Assembly: GCA_021787365.1 (NCBI GenBank)
Contig: JAJYMB010000054.1
Location: 5,365-69,364, forward strand
Source of the DNA: Actinomycetes bacterium
GTDB taxonomy: Bacteria > Actinomycetota > Acidimicrobiia > Acidimicrobiales > Palsa-688
DNA: 64,000 nucleotides
Direction: 5' to 3'
Shown: positions 55,154 to 64,000 of the stretch, piece after piece
How positions within the stretch are numbered: the first letter of the stretch is position 1
Layout of the letters: every line of letters starts with the position of its first letter
The notes under the pieces: model-generated
What the model saw: the letters and a program-made list of their open reading frames with translations, nothing else
Told to the model about the DNA's origin: nothing
Database searches by the model: none
Program-made: the position numbers and the translations under genes

Positions 55154-56256
55154 TAGGGCGCTCCCGACGCAAGTGGTGAACCCGGCACGGGCACGAGGGG
55201 CGGGCCCGTCACCGGCCAGTCGCTCGAGTTCCAGTAGAGCCGGCGCACCTGCACCCAGGGGTCCCCCTGGTCCCAGGCGTCGTAATAGTGGTAATCGATG
55301 AGAGGCCCGCCGGGCCCCGTGTACACCGACGGCCCCCCTGGGCCGATCATGCCCTCACTGCTACCGAGGAGTTCCATCCCACCCCCGTCGGTCATGAGGG
55401 TGCCGTTGGGGTCGACGTAGGGGCCCGTTATCTGTTGCGACCTCCCCACGATCACGTGGTAGGTGCTGCCGATGCCCTTGCAGCAAAAGCCGGCGGACAC
55501 GAACAGGTAGTAATAGCCGCCGTGGGCGACCAGGTACGAACCCTCTTCGGCGTCAGGCGCCGGCGCCTGCGAAAGCGAATAAAGCTTCGGGTGCGCCGAT
55601 GCGGGCTTGCCCGTCGCCGCGTCCAGCCTCATGAGCTTTATGCCGCTCCAGAACGAGCCGGACACGAGCCACTTGCTGCCGCCCGGCCCGGTCGCGAGCG
55701 AAGGGTCGATGGCGTTGTAGTCGTCGGCTGCGTTGGAGGAGAACACTTCTCCGTCGTCCACCCAGTGGTAGCGCGGGCTCTTCGGGTCGAGGGTCTTGTT
55801 GGTGGCGAGGGCGATGATGGACGTGTTGCTCCCGAAAGTGGAAGCGGCGTAGTAAAGGTGCCAGAGCCCAGCGAAATAGGAGATGTCGGGCGCCCACAGG
55901 TTGGGTATGGGCACGCCCAACTGGTTGGTTATCCAGGTGGGGATCTGCTTGAAAACTGTCCCCACCAAGCGCCAAGAGCGCAGGTTGGACGACATTCGGA
56001 TCTGGATGTCGCCGTGGTTGACGAGCCCGTTGGGGTCCCCGGTCGAAAACAGGTACCAGGTCTTGCCTTCTCTGGTCATGCTCGGGTCGTGGACATACAC
56101 GTAGCTCGGCACGGGGACAACCCGTGCGCCGCCATCGGCCGGCGCTTGCGCCTGGGCGGCCCCCGAAAAGGGGGCCCCCACCGCGTAAACAAAGCAGGAC
56201 AAAGAGGCCACGGCGGCCGCGATGACCCGCAGCCGCCCGACCTTTGTATTGGCCAT
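55153..56256 (-). CDS. GH43 family glycoside hydrolase (endo-arabinanase-like), secreted
   Basis: Start reassigned to ATG 56256 (MANTKVGRLRVIAAAVASLSCFV signal). VHDPSM catalytic Asp segment and WAPD and five-bladed propeller-type repeats. Confidence 0.8.
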   Translation of the reverse strand: MANTKVGRLRVIAAAVASLSCFVYAVGAPFSGAAQAQAPADGGARVVPVPSYVYVHDPSMTREGKTWYLFSTGDPNGLVNHGDIQIRMSSNLRSWRLVGTVFKQIPTWITNQLGVPIPNLWAPDISYFAGLWHLYYAASTFGSNTSIIALATNKTLDPKSPRYHWVDDGEVFSSNAADDYNAIDPSLATGPGGSKWLVSGSFWSGIKLMRLDAATGKPASAHPKLYSLSQAPAPDAEEGSYLVAHGGYYYLFVSAGFCCKGIGSTYHVIVGRSQQITGPYVDPNGTLMTDGGGMELLGSSEGMIGPGGPSVYTGPGGPLIDYHYYDAWDQGDPWVQVRRLYWNSSDWPVTGPPLVPVPGSPLASGAP

Positions 56257-56267
56257 CTGTTTGTCGC

Positions 56268-57695
56268 TCAGCTCGAGACCTTGAAGCCCTGGCCCTTCGC
56301 GTAGGTCGTCATGGTGGACTGCAGGGTCTTGAAGTCGGCCGGTATCGTCCCCTTGCCGTTCAAGACGTTGGCCATTGTCGTAAGGGCGAGGAAGTAGGTC
56401 ATGAACGGCGGCCACGACACGGCCTTCACATGCTCGGCGGCGGCAGCAGCCTTGTCGAACAGCGGTGTGTTGCCGGTAGCCGGGATGCCGCTTGCCAAGA
56501 AGGTCTTGTCATGCAAGAGGGGCAGGTACGTCGGGAACAGCGACGACGGCGCGGTGTACATGATCTTCCACGACTTCATGGTCCCGTTCATCCACTCGGA
56601 GAACTCGGCCGCCTGGGCGGGGTGCTTGCTGGCCGTGAAGACGGGGTAGGTGGAACCTCCCCAGTTGGCGGCGACATTTGCGCCTGCCGTCCACTGGGGC
56701 AACGGGTACGTGCGCCAGCTGCCGAGGGAAGCCTTGGTCAAGTTGGGCGCCAGGTAGGAGGGGCCCCAAGCAGAGGTGACCCAGCAGGCGTAGGTGCCGT
56801 TGTTGAGGTTGGACCAGAAGGCGTTCTGGAAGTCAGCAGCGGCTTTCACGCCACCAGCCGAGATGAGCCCCTGCCAGTAGTTGGCAAACTTCATCTGCTT
56901 GGCGCCGGTGAAGTTGACCGTCACGCTCGATCCCCCGTGCCACTTGAAGGGGAACGCGCCGAGCTGGCCCATCAAGCTGACCAGGTACTGCATGTCCTCG
57001 GGGTCGAAGACCGTTAGGTAGCCCTTCGGGTCGGCCTTGTGGAAAGCCGCGGCTGCCTTGGCGAAAGCGGCCCACGTCGTACCCGGGGTGACGTGGTACT
57101 TGGCGAGCTCGGCGCTGTTGCAGAAGAGGTCCATCGGGCCCGAGTCGCCGGGCATGGCGTACACGGCACTGCCCTGGCTAACCTCCTGCCAGGCGAAAGG
57201 CGCGAAGTCTTTCTTGTACTTGTTGGCCCCGTACTTGGCCAGGTTGACGACCGAATGGGTTATCTCGTAGGACGGCAGCTCGTCGAACTCTACCTCCGCG
57301 ACATCGGGCACGCCCGAGTTGGCCTTGATCGCGTCGGTCAGCTTCACGTACTCGGTGTCGCCGGCGCCGACGTCGTCGAGCTTCACGCAGATGCCAGGGT
57401 GGGTCTCGTTGAACACGTCGACCATGCGGTAGAGCCCCGGGACCCAAATCCACGCTTCCAGCTGGACGGGGTTCTTGCCCTTGCAGGCCTTGGTCGTATT
57501 GGTCGGGTAAGCACCGTTCCCGGCCTCGAGCGTCGAGAGGCTGAGGGTGGCCCTCGGCGTTGCCGACGCACTCGGGGCAGCCCCCGGCGCGGTCAGCGCC
57601 GTGGCCACGGTCGCAAGAGTGGCGACGGTACCGGCACTGGCTCTCCACCAGGCTCGCCGAGAACCCTGATGCCTTCTCATTGTCCTTAATGTCAT
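56268..57695 (-). CDS. ABC transporter extracellular solute-binding protein (sugar type)
   Basis: 475 aa with a twin-Arg-containing signal-like N-terminus (MRRHQGSRRAWW...ATLATVATALTAPGAAP). Confidence 0.8.
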   Translation of the reverse strand: MTLRTMRRHQGSRRAWWRASAGTVATLATVATALTAPGAAPSASATPRATLSLSTLEAGNGAYPTNTTKACKGKNPVQLEAWIWVPGLYRMVDVFNETHPGICVKLDDVGAGDTEYVKLTDAIKANSGVPDVAEVEFDELPSYEITHSVVNLAKYGANKYKKDFAPFAWQEVSQGSAVYAMPGDSGPMDLFCNSAELAKYHVTPGTTWAAFAKAAAAFHKADPKGYLTVFDPEDMQYLVSLMGQLGAFPFKWHGGSSVTVNFTGAKQMKFANYWQGLISAGGVKAAADFQNAFWSNLNNGTYACWVTSAWGPSYLAPNLTKASLGSWRTYPLPQWTAGANVAANWGGSTYPVFTASKHPAQAAEFSEWMNGTMKSWKIMYTAPSSLFPTYLPLLHDKTFLASGIPATGNTPLFDKAAAAAEHVKAVSWPPFMTYFLALTTMANVLNGKGTIPADFKTLQSTMTTYAKGQGFKVSS

Positions 57696-57901
57696 GGCAA
57701 AGGTTTTCCTTTCTTATTTAGGGCCACTCTGCTGCTTTCTTCTCATGGACGAACTAACGAGACGTCAGGCTTGGATGCCCTAGAGCACCTCGGAGCCGGC
57801 ACCCTTCACGCGTAACCGCTCCCTTTCTTCCCAGAGCAATACCCCCTAGCCTCCAGTTCGCAGGTCCAGCCCCTCGGCCCTCGGGACAGTAGCGTTACCG
57901 G

Positions 57902-57917
57902 ATGAGAACGCTAACAC
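57902..57917. promoter_or_regulatory. ara-locus operator-like 16-mer, copy 2
   Basis: Minus-sense GTGTTAGCGTTCTCAT in the 233-nt gap between the dehydrogenase stop and the binding-protein start. Confidence 0.5.
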
Positions 57918-57928
57918 ACACGCTCGCC

Positions 57929-58933
57929 TCATGCAAGACGAGCGGGCGCAGTAGGGACCACGACCGTCTTCAGCCCTTCTCGCTTCGCTGCCACGGTGAA
58001 GGCGCGGGCCGCTTCTGCCAGTGGGAACGTGTGCGACACCAGCGGTCCCAGGTCGACGGCCTTGCGCTCCACGAGGTCCACGGCCCTCGGGTAGGCCTCT
58101 TTCATGCGGCGGCACATCAAGATCGTGAGCCCCTTGCGCCGCGCCACCGACGCGGGGAAGCGGGTCGTGTCGTCGTCGGGGATGCCGACCAGCACCACCC
58201 GCCCGCCGGGGCGCACCATCCCCATGGCGACGGTGACGGCGTCGTCGTTGCCGGCTACCTCGAACACGGTGTCCAGGTCGCCCGCGTGCCCGCTCACCTC
58301 GTCGGGGTGGAGCGACAGGTCCGCCCCCGACCGGGAGGCCTCCTCGCGTCGGTGCACCAAGGGCTCGACGGCGACCACCCGCGAGGCGCCGGCGGAGCGC
58401 GCCACCTGCACGAGCATGAGCCCGATCGGCCCACAGCCGACCACGCCGACCGTGCTCGCGAAGCGCACGTGGCCGAGGTCGAAAGCGTGCAGGGCCACCC
58501 CGAGCGGCTCGAGGAGCGCCACAGTCGCGTCGTCCATGTGGTCGGGCACGGGGTAAAGGTGCTCGGTCGGCCAGGCCATGTACTCTCGCAACCCGCCGTC
58601 GGTGGTGCCATGTCCCGCGAAGCGCACGTCCGGGCACAGGTTGTGGTTGCCCTCCCTGCAGCGGGGGCAGGTGTTGTCCGGGACGGCTGGGTCGACGGCC
58701 ACGCGCCGGCCGTCGAGGGGCCCGCCCACTACCACGCCCCCCATCTCGTGGCCCAAGACGAGGGGCCGGGTGACGACGGCGTCACCGATCGCGCCCTGGC
58801 CGAACCAGTGCAGGTCGCTGCCGCACAACCCCACCGCTGTGACCCTCACCAGGCTCTCGCCCGGCCCGGGGACCGGGACCGGCTCCTCGCTCACCTCGAG
58901 CGACCCGGCGCCTGTCAACCTCGCTGCCAGCAC
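57929..58933 (-). CDS. zinc-dependent MDR alcohol/polyol dehydrogenase
   Basis: Start reassigned to GTG 58933, 3 nt downstream of the end of GGAGGTGGA. GLCGSDLHWF, VLGHEMGG and GCGPIGL motifs. Confidence 0.8.
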   Translation of the reverse strand: MLAARLTGAGSLEVSEEPVPVPGPGESLVRVTAVGLCGSDLHWFGQGAIGDAVVTRPLVLGHEMGGVVVGGPLDGRRVAVDPAVPDNTCPRCREGNHNLCPDVRFAGHGTTDGGLREYMAWPTEHLYPVPDHMDDATVALLEPLGVALHAFDLGHVRFASTVGVVGCGPIGLMLVQVARSAGASRVVAVEPLVHRREEASRSGADLSLHPDEVSGHAGDLDTVFEVAGNDDAVTVAMGMVRPGGRVVLVGIPDDDTTRFPASVARRKGLTILMCRRMKEAYPRAVDLVERKAVDLGPLVSHTFPLAEAARAFTVAAKREGLKTVVVPTAPARLA

Positions 58934-58974
58934 TCGTCCACCTCCTGCTCGCTCCTGATGGGCACCAACTTGGT

Positions 58975-59664
58975 TCAGCCCTGGCCGTAGTACGCGCCCG
59001 GGCCGTGCTTGCGCGAGAAATGGCGCTCGGCAATATGGCCCTCGAGAGGCGCCACGCCCGGGGCCAGCGCCACCGTCAGCGCGGCCATCTGCGCCACGGC
59101 CTCCAGCGTCACGGCCGCCTCGACGGCCCCTGCCGCGCTCTTGTCCCAACAAAACGGCCCGTGGCCGCCCACCAAGACGGCGGGGACTTCGGCGGCGTCG
59201 CGCCCGCCCAACGCGCTGAGCACGGCGGCACCAGTCGCCACTTCGTACCCGGCGCGGACGTCTTCGGGCGACGGTGGTGCCGCGACAGGCACGGGCCCCG
59301 CGCAGAAGTCGGCGTGGGTGGTCCCGAGCAGCGGTATCGGCAACCTCGCCTGCGCCCAGGCACTCGCCCATGTCGAGTGCGTGTGGACCACCCCGCCGAT
59401 CCCAGGGATGCCGCGGTAGAGGGCAAGGTGCGTCGGCGTGTCGGTCGAGGGCCGCCGGGAACCCTCCACCACAGAGCCGTCCTCGGCAACGAGCACGATG
59501 TCGTCCAGCGTCATCGAGTCATAAGGCACCCCGGAAGCCTTTATGGCGACCACCCCCGAGGAAGGGTCGCGGCCCGACACGTTGCCCCAGGTGAGGGTCA
59601 CGAGGCCGTGCTCGGGCAGGGAGAGGTTGGCAGCGAGCACCGCTGCCTTCAGTTCTTCGAGCAC
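58975..59664 (-). CDS. araD: L-ribulose-5-phosphate 4-epimerase
   Basis: Start reassigned to GTG 59664. LEELKAAVLAANLSLPEHGLVTLTWGNVSGRD closely parallels the AraD N-terminus. 229 aa. Confidence 0.85.
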   Translation of the reverse strand: MLEELKAAVLAANLSLPEHGLVTLTWGNVSGRDPSSGVVAIKASGVPYDSMTLDDIVLVAEDGSVVEGSRRPSTDTPTHLALYRGIPGIGGVVHTHSTWASAWAQARLPIPLLGTTHADFCAGPVPVAAPPSPEDVRAGYEVATGAAVLSALGGRDAAEVPAVLVGGHGPFCWDKSAAGAVEAAVTLEAVAQMAALTVALAPGVAPLEGHIAERHFSRKHGPGAYYGQG

Positions 59665-59671
59665 GGCGGCC

Positions 59672-61072
59672 TCAGATCTCGACGAGGTCGACCTCGAGCA
59701 GCTCGGCCAAGTAGCGCCAGCGGGCCGCATGAAGGCCGAGGTTCGTGCAGAAGTGGTGGGTCCCGCCGTTTCTCAGCCACTTGTTCATGAACGGCCGGAG
59801 GCCGGCGGCCGGGCGGAAATGGAAATAGGGCATTTCCACCCGCGGCAGCTCCGGCGTGTCGAGCACCTCTCCCTGGCCGACGATCAGGCGGTACTCCTCG
59901 CCCTCCAAGGGGACGAGGCTCGCCGTCGTCGCCGGGCCGGGCTCGGCGGAGAACACCGCGGTCGGAGGGTTGCCGAGGCCGCCGATACCGAGGGGCCGGT
60001 CGATCAACTTGACCGGCCTGTCCTTCCGGGCCACCTTCCAGTTGCCCTCGCCCATGTGGCTGATGAGCACCGAACCCATGCCGAAGTCCATCGCGTACAT
60101 CTCGGAAAAATGGGCGTCACCGACGAGCAGGTGGCCTGCGCACATGAGCGAGGCCGTATTGGTGTCACCCTCCGCCCCGTAGCCGTAGCCGTCGGCCATG
60201 AGGTCCGAGGCGGCGAGGAGGGGCAGTTGCTCGAAGCGGCCGTCCTTGCCCACCGGCTCGAAGTGCATAGAAAAAGCGCTGTACCCGCCCGCCTCGAGCA
60301 TCCGCCGGATCGCGATCTCCATGCGCGCCGCGTACTCGTGGCTCTCTTTCGGCAGGTCGGGGGAGACCGCGAAACGCTCGTGGTGCGCCTCGACGAGCGC
60401 TCTCACCTCGGAGCCCGGGACCTCGGCCATCTCCTTTTGGAGGTCTCCCAAGTTCTCGTTCACCACCACCGGGCCGAGCCTGCGCATGAGGGCGGGGGCG
60501 TCGTAGAGCACGTCGCCCATGCCGTTCATCGGGTAGCCGAAGAGGGCTATCTTGGCCCGCTTCAGCTCCGTGACCGTCATCGCCGCCCTCGCCCAGCTGC
60601 CGAAGGAGGTGAGGAACGAGGGCGAGCGCCAGTCGTCGGTAATCACCGAAAACGGCACTCCGGTGCGGAGGAGGGCGTTGCCCTGGTCCTGAGCGCCGTG
60701 GATCCCTTGGTTGTAGGTGAGGTCTGCCATGTCCCAGTGCTCGGTCACCGCCCCTTCGGGTTGCACGTTGGCGAGGAGCACGGGCAAGGGGTTCTCGAGC
60801 AGGGCCCGGACCGTCCGCATCGCCGGCCCGTAAGTGAGCATGACGATCATGATCCCGTCGCACCCTGCCGCCGCGAGCTCGCGGGTCACGGCCTCGACGT
60901 CGTCGCGGTTGCGGGCGGGGCGGAGGAACACCACCTCGGCGGCGGTTGAGAGCTGCCCGGCAAGCTCGCGAGCGTACGCGGCTTGGTGCTCGGTGATCCC
61001 GGGGATCATGTCGTCGTAGAGCTCCTGCATGATGCCGAGAAGCCCGATCTTTGGCAGTCTGTTGGTCAGCAC
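59672..61072 (-). CDS. araA: L-arabinose isomerase family protein
   Basis: Start reassigned to GTG 61072, preceded by AAGGAGG. C-terminal GGTHHFCTNLG ... EVDLVEI resembles AraA. It sits between araB and araD. The N-terminus differs from enterobacterial AraA. Confidence 0.65.
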   Translation of the reverse strand: MLTNRLPKIGLLGIMQELYDDMIPGITEHQAAYARELAGQLSTAAEVVFLRPARNRDDVEAVTRELAAAGCDGIMIVMLTYGPAMRTVRALLENPLPVLLANVQPEGAVTEHWDMADLTYNQGIHGAQDQGNALLRTGVPFSVITDDWRSPSFLTSFGSWARAAMTVTELKRAKIALFGYPMNGMGDVLYDAPALMRRLGPVVVNENLGDLQKEMAEVPGSEVRALVEAHHERFAVSPDLPKESHEYAARMEIAIRRMLEAGGYSAFSMHFEPVGKDGRFEQLPLLAASDLMADGYGYGAEGDTNTASLMCAGHLLVGDAHFSEMYAMDFGMGSVLISHMGEGNWKVARKDRPVKLIDRPLGIGGLGNPPTAVFSAEPGPATTASLVPLEGEEYRLIVGQGEVLDTPELPRVEMPYFHFRPAAGLRPFMNKWLRNGGTHHFCTNLGLHAARWRYLAELLEVDLVEI

Positions 61073-61119
61073 GTGGCCTCCTTGGTCGTTTCGCGGTTCG
61101 GCCCCAGCTATCGGGCCCT

Positions 61120-62787
61120 CTAGTGGTCGGTGGGCGCCGGCGCCTGCAGGCGCTTCAGTCGTTTCAGCTCGTGGAGCCAGCCCTTCTCCGTCCGCCCGAG
61201 CATGTCGTGAAGGCCCTTCCACACTGCGAACACGGCTTCATAGGTGGGTGCGGCTGCGGGGTTCGGCCTGTAGGTGCGCGCCGTGCCCGGCTGGAGGGCA
61301 GCTGCAGCCTCCTTTACCGAGCCAAACCCGCCCGCTCCCGCCCCTGCGGCCACCGCACCGAAGATAGCCGAGCCTCGCGCCGGGACTTGTTGCGACGCCG
61401 GCACCATCACAGGAAGGCCGGACGTGTCGGCAAAAAGCTGCATGAGCAAGGGGCTTTTCTCGGCCACTCCCCCGCACGCCACCACCTTGTCCAAAGCGAA
61501 GCCACTGTCGCGGAAATTGTCGAGCACCGCCCGGTTGCCGAAGGCGATGGACTCCAAGAGCGCGCGGTAGACCTCCGCTGCGCTCGTCTGCAGCGTCAAG
61601 CCGGCCACTACGCCGGAGAGGTCCGCGTCCCCGAGGACGCTCCGGTTGCCGTTCCACCAGTCCAGCGCCACGAGGCCCGTGGCCCCGGGGGCGAACGGTT
61701 CTGCCGCCCGTTCGAGTTCGGCGAGGCTGGCCCCCGCCGGCCCGCCCCCCGCGCCCAGGGTGGCGGCAAACCACCCGAGCATGTCCCCCACCGCCGGCTG
61801 GCCCGCTTCGTACCCGTAAAGCCCGGGAAGTATGCCGTCCCTGGCTACCCCCGTGATGCCGGCCAGCGGCACCTGTTGTGAGTGGACCACCATGTCGCAG
61901 ATCGATGTCCCGACGACCATCACCCACGTGCCGGCGTCCTCGGCCCCAGCACCTGGGAAGGAGACGAAGGAGTCCACGTTGCCCACCGCCACGGCCACGC
62001 CTCTCGGCAGGCCGAGCCGATCAGCCCACTCCGCGCTCAGGCTGCCGGCGCTAGTGCCCAGGGGGTAAAACTTCCCGCCCAGCTTCTCGGCCGGCCGTGA
62101 GAAGCCGGGGTAGGCGGCCTCGAAGAACTCCCGGCTCGGGATCCCCCCCTCTGGGGACCAAAGTGCCTTGTAGGCAGCAGGGCAGGCAGAGCGCCGCTCG
62201 TGCCCCGTGAGCTGCCACACGACCCAGTCGGTCACCTCGACGAAGCTGGCGGTCGCATCGTAGACCTCTCGGTCCTCGAGCCAGACCTCGATCAACTTGG
62301 GGAAGTACCACTCCGAAGAGATGCGCCCTCCGTAACGGGAGAGCCACTTTTCGCCCCGCCCGGCCGCCACCTCGTTGAGCCGGTTCGCGACGGGCTGCGC
62401 TGCGTGGTGCTTCCAGAGCTTGGGCCACGCGTGGGGCCTCTTGGCCCACACGTCGAGCTGGCAGAGCGGGGTGCCGTTCGGGCTCGCCGGGAGCACGGTG
62501 CACGACGTCGCGTCCACGCCTATCCCGACGACTTCACCCGCGGCCTCGGGGTGCTCAGCGAGCACCGCCTTCACACCGGCCTCCAAGACGGCCGTGTAAT
62601 CGCCCGGGTCGTGCAAGGCCCAGTCGAGCGGTAGCCGCTCGCCGCTTCCGGGCAGCGCCTCGTCGATCACACCCCGCTCGTAGGCAACCTCGGAGACCGC
62701 TTTTTCCTCGCCCGAAGCGAGGTCGAGCAGGAGCGCTCGCGCCGAGGCGGTCCCGAAGTCCAAGCCGATCGCGTACCCCCTAGCCAT
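61120..62787 (-). CDS. araB: ribulokinase (FGGY family)
   Basis: MARGYAIGLDFGTASARALLLD matches the AraB-type N-terminus. ATG 62787 is preferred to track ATG 62811, which lies inside the operator-like motif. Confidence 0.85.
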   Translation of the reverse strand: MARGYAIGLDFGTASARALLLDLASGEEKAVSEVAYERGVIDEALPGSGERLPLDWALHDPGDYTAVLEAGVKAVLAEHPEAAGEVVGIGVDATSCTVLPASPNGTPLCQLDVWAKRPHAWPKLWKHHAAQPVANRLNEVAAGRGEKWLSRYGGRISSEWYFPKLIEVWLEDREVYDATASFVEVTDWVVWQLTGHERRSACPAAYKALWSPEGGIPSREFFEAAYPGFSRPAEKLGGKFYPLGTSAGSLSAEWADRLGLPRGVAVAVGNVDSFVSFPGAGAEDAGTWVMVVGTSICDMVVHSQQVPLAGITGVARDGILPGLYGYEAGQPAVGDMLGWFAATLGAGGGPAGASLAELERAAEPFAPGATGLVALDWWNGNRSVLGDADLSGVVAGLTLQTSAAEVYRALLESIAFGNRAVLDNFRDSGFALDKVVACGGVAEKSPLLMQLFADTSGLPVMVPASQQVPARGSAIFGAVAAGAGAGGFGSVKEAAAALQPGTARTYRPNPAAAPTYEAVFAVWKGLHDMLGRTEKGWLHELKRLKRLQAPAPTDH

Positions 62788-62795
62788 GGCGGTCG

Positions 62796-62811
62796 ATGTT
62801 AGCGCTCTCAT
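62796..62811. promoter_or_regulatory. ara-locus operator-like 16-mer, copy 3
   Basis: Plus-sense ATGTTAGCGCTCTCAT, 9 nt upstream of the preferred araB start. The half-sites ATGTTAGC / GCTCTCAT form a near-palindrome around a central CG. Confidence 0.5.
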
Positions 62812-62939
62812 GCACCCGGCGCCAACGGGCTGGCGGCCGGCGACCCCGAGGGCCCTCGGCCACGCGGCAGCTCATCTCGAGGGTGTCGCCCTCCATTTCG
62901 AGCTGGGGGCGAGCACGGCGACCTTGTCCCGCCTGGGCC

Positions 62940-64000
62940 TCAACGGCCCGTGCCTCCCAGGGTGTAAGCCTCGCGGGACGGGCGCAGCGGGCGCATGAGC
63001 CAGTAGGGCCGCCTCGTCCCGTCGGGGCTGACCGACCTGGCTGGCCTGGTCATGGCCAGCCACCTCTGGTAGGCAGCATGCGACTTGGCAGTGTCCACTA
63101 CAACGTCGCCGTCGGCGTCGCCGGCCCTGGCTGGTCGCACCCTGACCGCCTGGTGCCAGCAGTGCATGCCCGAAACCGGGTCGGGGTGCACGGGGAAGGT
63201 GAGGTTTTGGTGGACACCCGCCTCGCTCCACCAGATACGGGAGGTGTCGGGGTCGCTCGAGGCGAACGGGCGCAGCCCCGACAGCCGGCGTAGCGACCAG
63301 CGGCTCCCCTCGTGGCCGAGGTCGACGGTTGCCATCATCTGTCTCTGGCCCGTGGCGCCTCTTAGCCGCCAGCGCCCCATGTGGTGGCTGCAGGCGACCA
63401 CCCCAGGGCGGATACCCTCGGTCACCCAGGCTTTCAGCACGAAATGGCCGATCTCAGTCTCGACTCGCACGAGGGCGCCTGTCCCTTCTATCCCGAGGCG
63501 ATCGGCGTCAAGCGGGTGGACCCACAGAGGGTTCGTGTGGGCCAACTCGTCGAGCCACTTGGCGTTGGCCGAACGGGTGTGGATCTGAGTGGGGAGCCGG
63601 AAGGTGGAGATGAGCACCAGTTCGTCGTCTCGAAGGGCGCGTGGGTGGACGTGGCTTTTTATGTAGCCCGGAAGGGCGTGCTCGGCCCAGCCCCAGGCAG
63701 CCAGGGTGGAGGACCAGAACTCGAGACGGCCCGAGGGGCTCGGGAAGCCCCGGCGCACGACGCCGTCGACGAGCACCCCCACGGCTTGGCGGCCCTCGGC
63801 GTCGGGGTCGGGAGCCCCGGTCGGCACGATGTTGGCCGGCGCCGGGCGGTCGACCCGGGCGTACACGCGTCCGTAGGGGCCGACGACTGCGTCGTCCAGC
63901 TCCTGCCCGGGCACCTCCTCTTCGTGGCGCGGCCCCACGCCTCGCATGACTTCGAAGGCGCCGTAGCGGCGCATGTAGGCCAGAGGGCTGAGGCCCTCGG
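62940..64000 (-). CDS. molybdopterin-dependent oxidoreductase, C-terminal part (5' end beyond window)
   Basis: The frame is open to the window end. STFRLPTQIHTRSANAKWLDEL ... PLWVHPLDADRLGIEGTGALVRVETEIGHFVLKAWVTEGIRPGVV is typical of the C-terminal molybdopterin dinucleotide-binding domain. Confidence 0.6.
   Translation of the reverse strand, partial: EGLSPLAYMRRYGAFEVMRGVGPRHEEEVPGQELDDAVVGPYGRVYARVDRPAPANIVPTGAPDPDAEGRQAVGVLVDGVVRRGFPSPSGRLEFWSSTLAAWGWAEHALPGYIKSHVHPRALRDDELVLISTFRLPTQIHTRSANAKWLDELAHTNPLWVHPLDADRLGIEGTGALVRVETEIGHFVLKAWVTEGIRPGVVACSHHMGRWRLRGATGQRQMMATVDLGHEGSRWSLRRLSGLRPFASSDPDTSRIWWSEAGVHQNLTFPVHPDPVSGMHCWHQAVRVRPARAGDADGDVVVDTAKSHAAYQRWLAMTRPARSVSPDGTRRPYWLMRPLRPSREAYTLGGTGR

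Noticed and set aside
57902-60949. Plus-strand ORFs 57902..58990 (362 aa) and 59543..60949 (468 aa)
   Set aside because: They are antisense to the well-supported dehydrogenase, araD and araA genes and have His/Arg/Gly-rich artefactual composition.

Overview
GC-rich (about 65-70% G+C by eye) actinobacterial-type chromosomal segment. Supporting signs are a WhiB regulator, an ArsA-like ATPase pair, frequent GTG/TTG starts and many 4-nt ATGA/GTGA gene overlaps. I can support about 50 protein genes, one tRNA, no rRNA and no CRISPR. In order: (i) 0-6.9 kb, plus-strand sugar-type operon: Gfo/Idh/MocA oxidoreductase, TIM-barrel isomerase, two CUT1-type permeases, binding protein, CxPxR sulfatase. (ii) 7.4-22.8 kb, an all-minus-strand 15-kb run: ABC ATPase, binding protein, two permeases, large arylsulfatase, D-2-hydroxyacid dehydrogenase, class II aldolase, FGGY kinase, BKACE, SDR, M24 hydrolase, Gfo/Idh/MocA oxidoreductase. 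(iii) 23.3-27.9 kb: aldehyde dehydrogenase, GMC oxidoreductase, SorC regulator. (iv) 27.9-35.7 kb, a decayed integrated element beside tRNA-Pro(CGG): intact tyrosine integrase, MobF/TrwC relaxase-helicase with a frame-disrupted 5' end, a frameshifted asparaginase and a frameshifted small ORF. (v) 35.9-44.7 kb: receiver protein, STAS protein, two ArsA-like ATPases, WhiB, a PAP2-like protein with substituted catalytic motifs, XRE-cupin regulator plus PLP decarboxylase, EamA transporter, GDPD phosphodiesterase. (vi) 44.7-51.5 kb: LacI regulator, ABC importer and a divergent glycogen-debranching-type enzyme. (vii) 51.6-62.8 kb: arabinan/L-arabinose locus (araB-araA-araD-dehydrogenase, binding protein, GH43, GH51, two permeases) carrying three copies of a 16-bp operator-like motif. 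(viii) 5'-truncated molybdopterin oxidoreductase at the window end. I see no recognisable defence system. The most notable items are the decaying int+relaxase element, the unassigned sulfatase/BKACE catabolic cluster, a 3 x 41-bp non-coding tandem repeat in a divergent promoter, and the ara operator triplet. Many long ORFs in the track are off-frame or antisense artefacts of high GC content, so several starts were reassigned. All functional calls rest on motifs read by eye, with no database searches.
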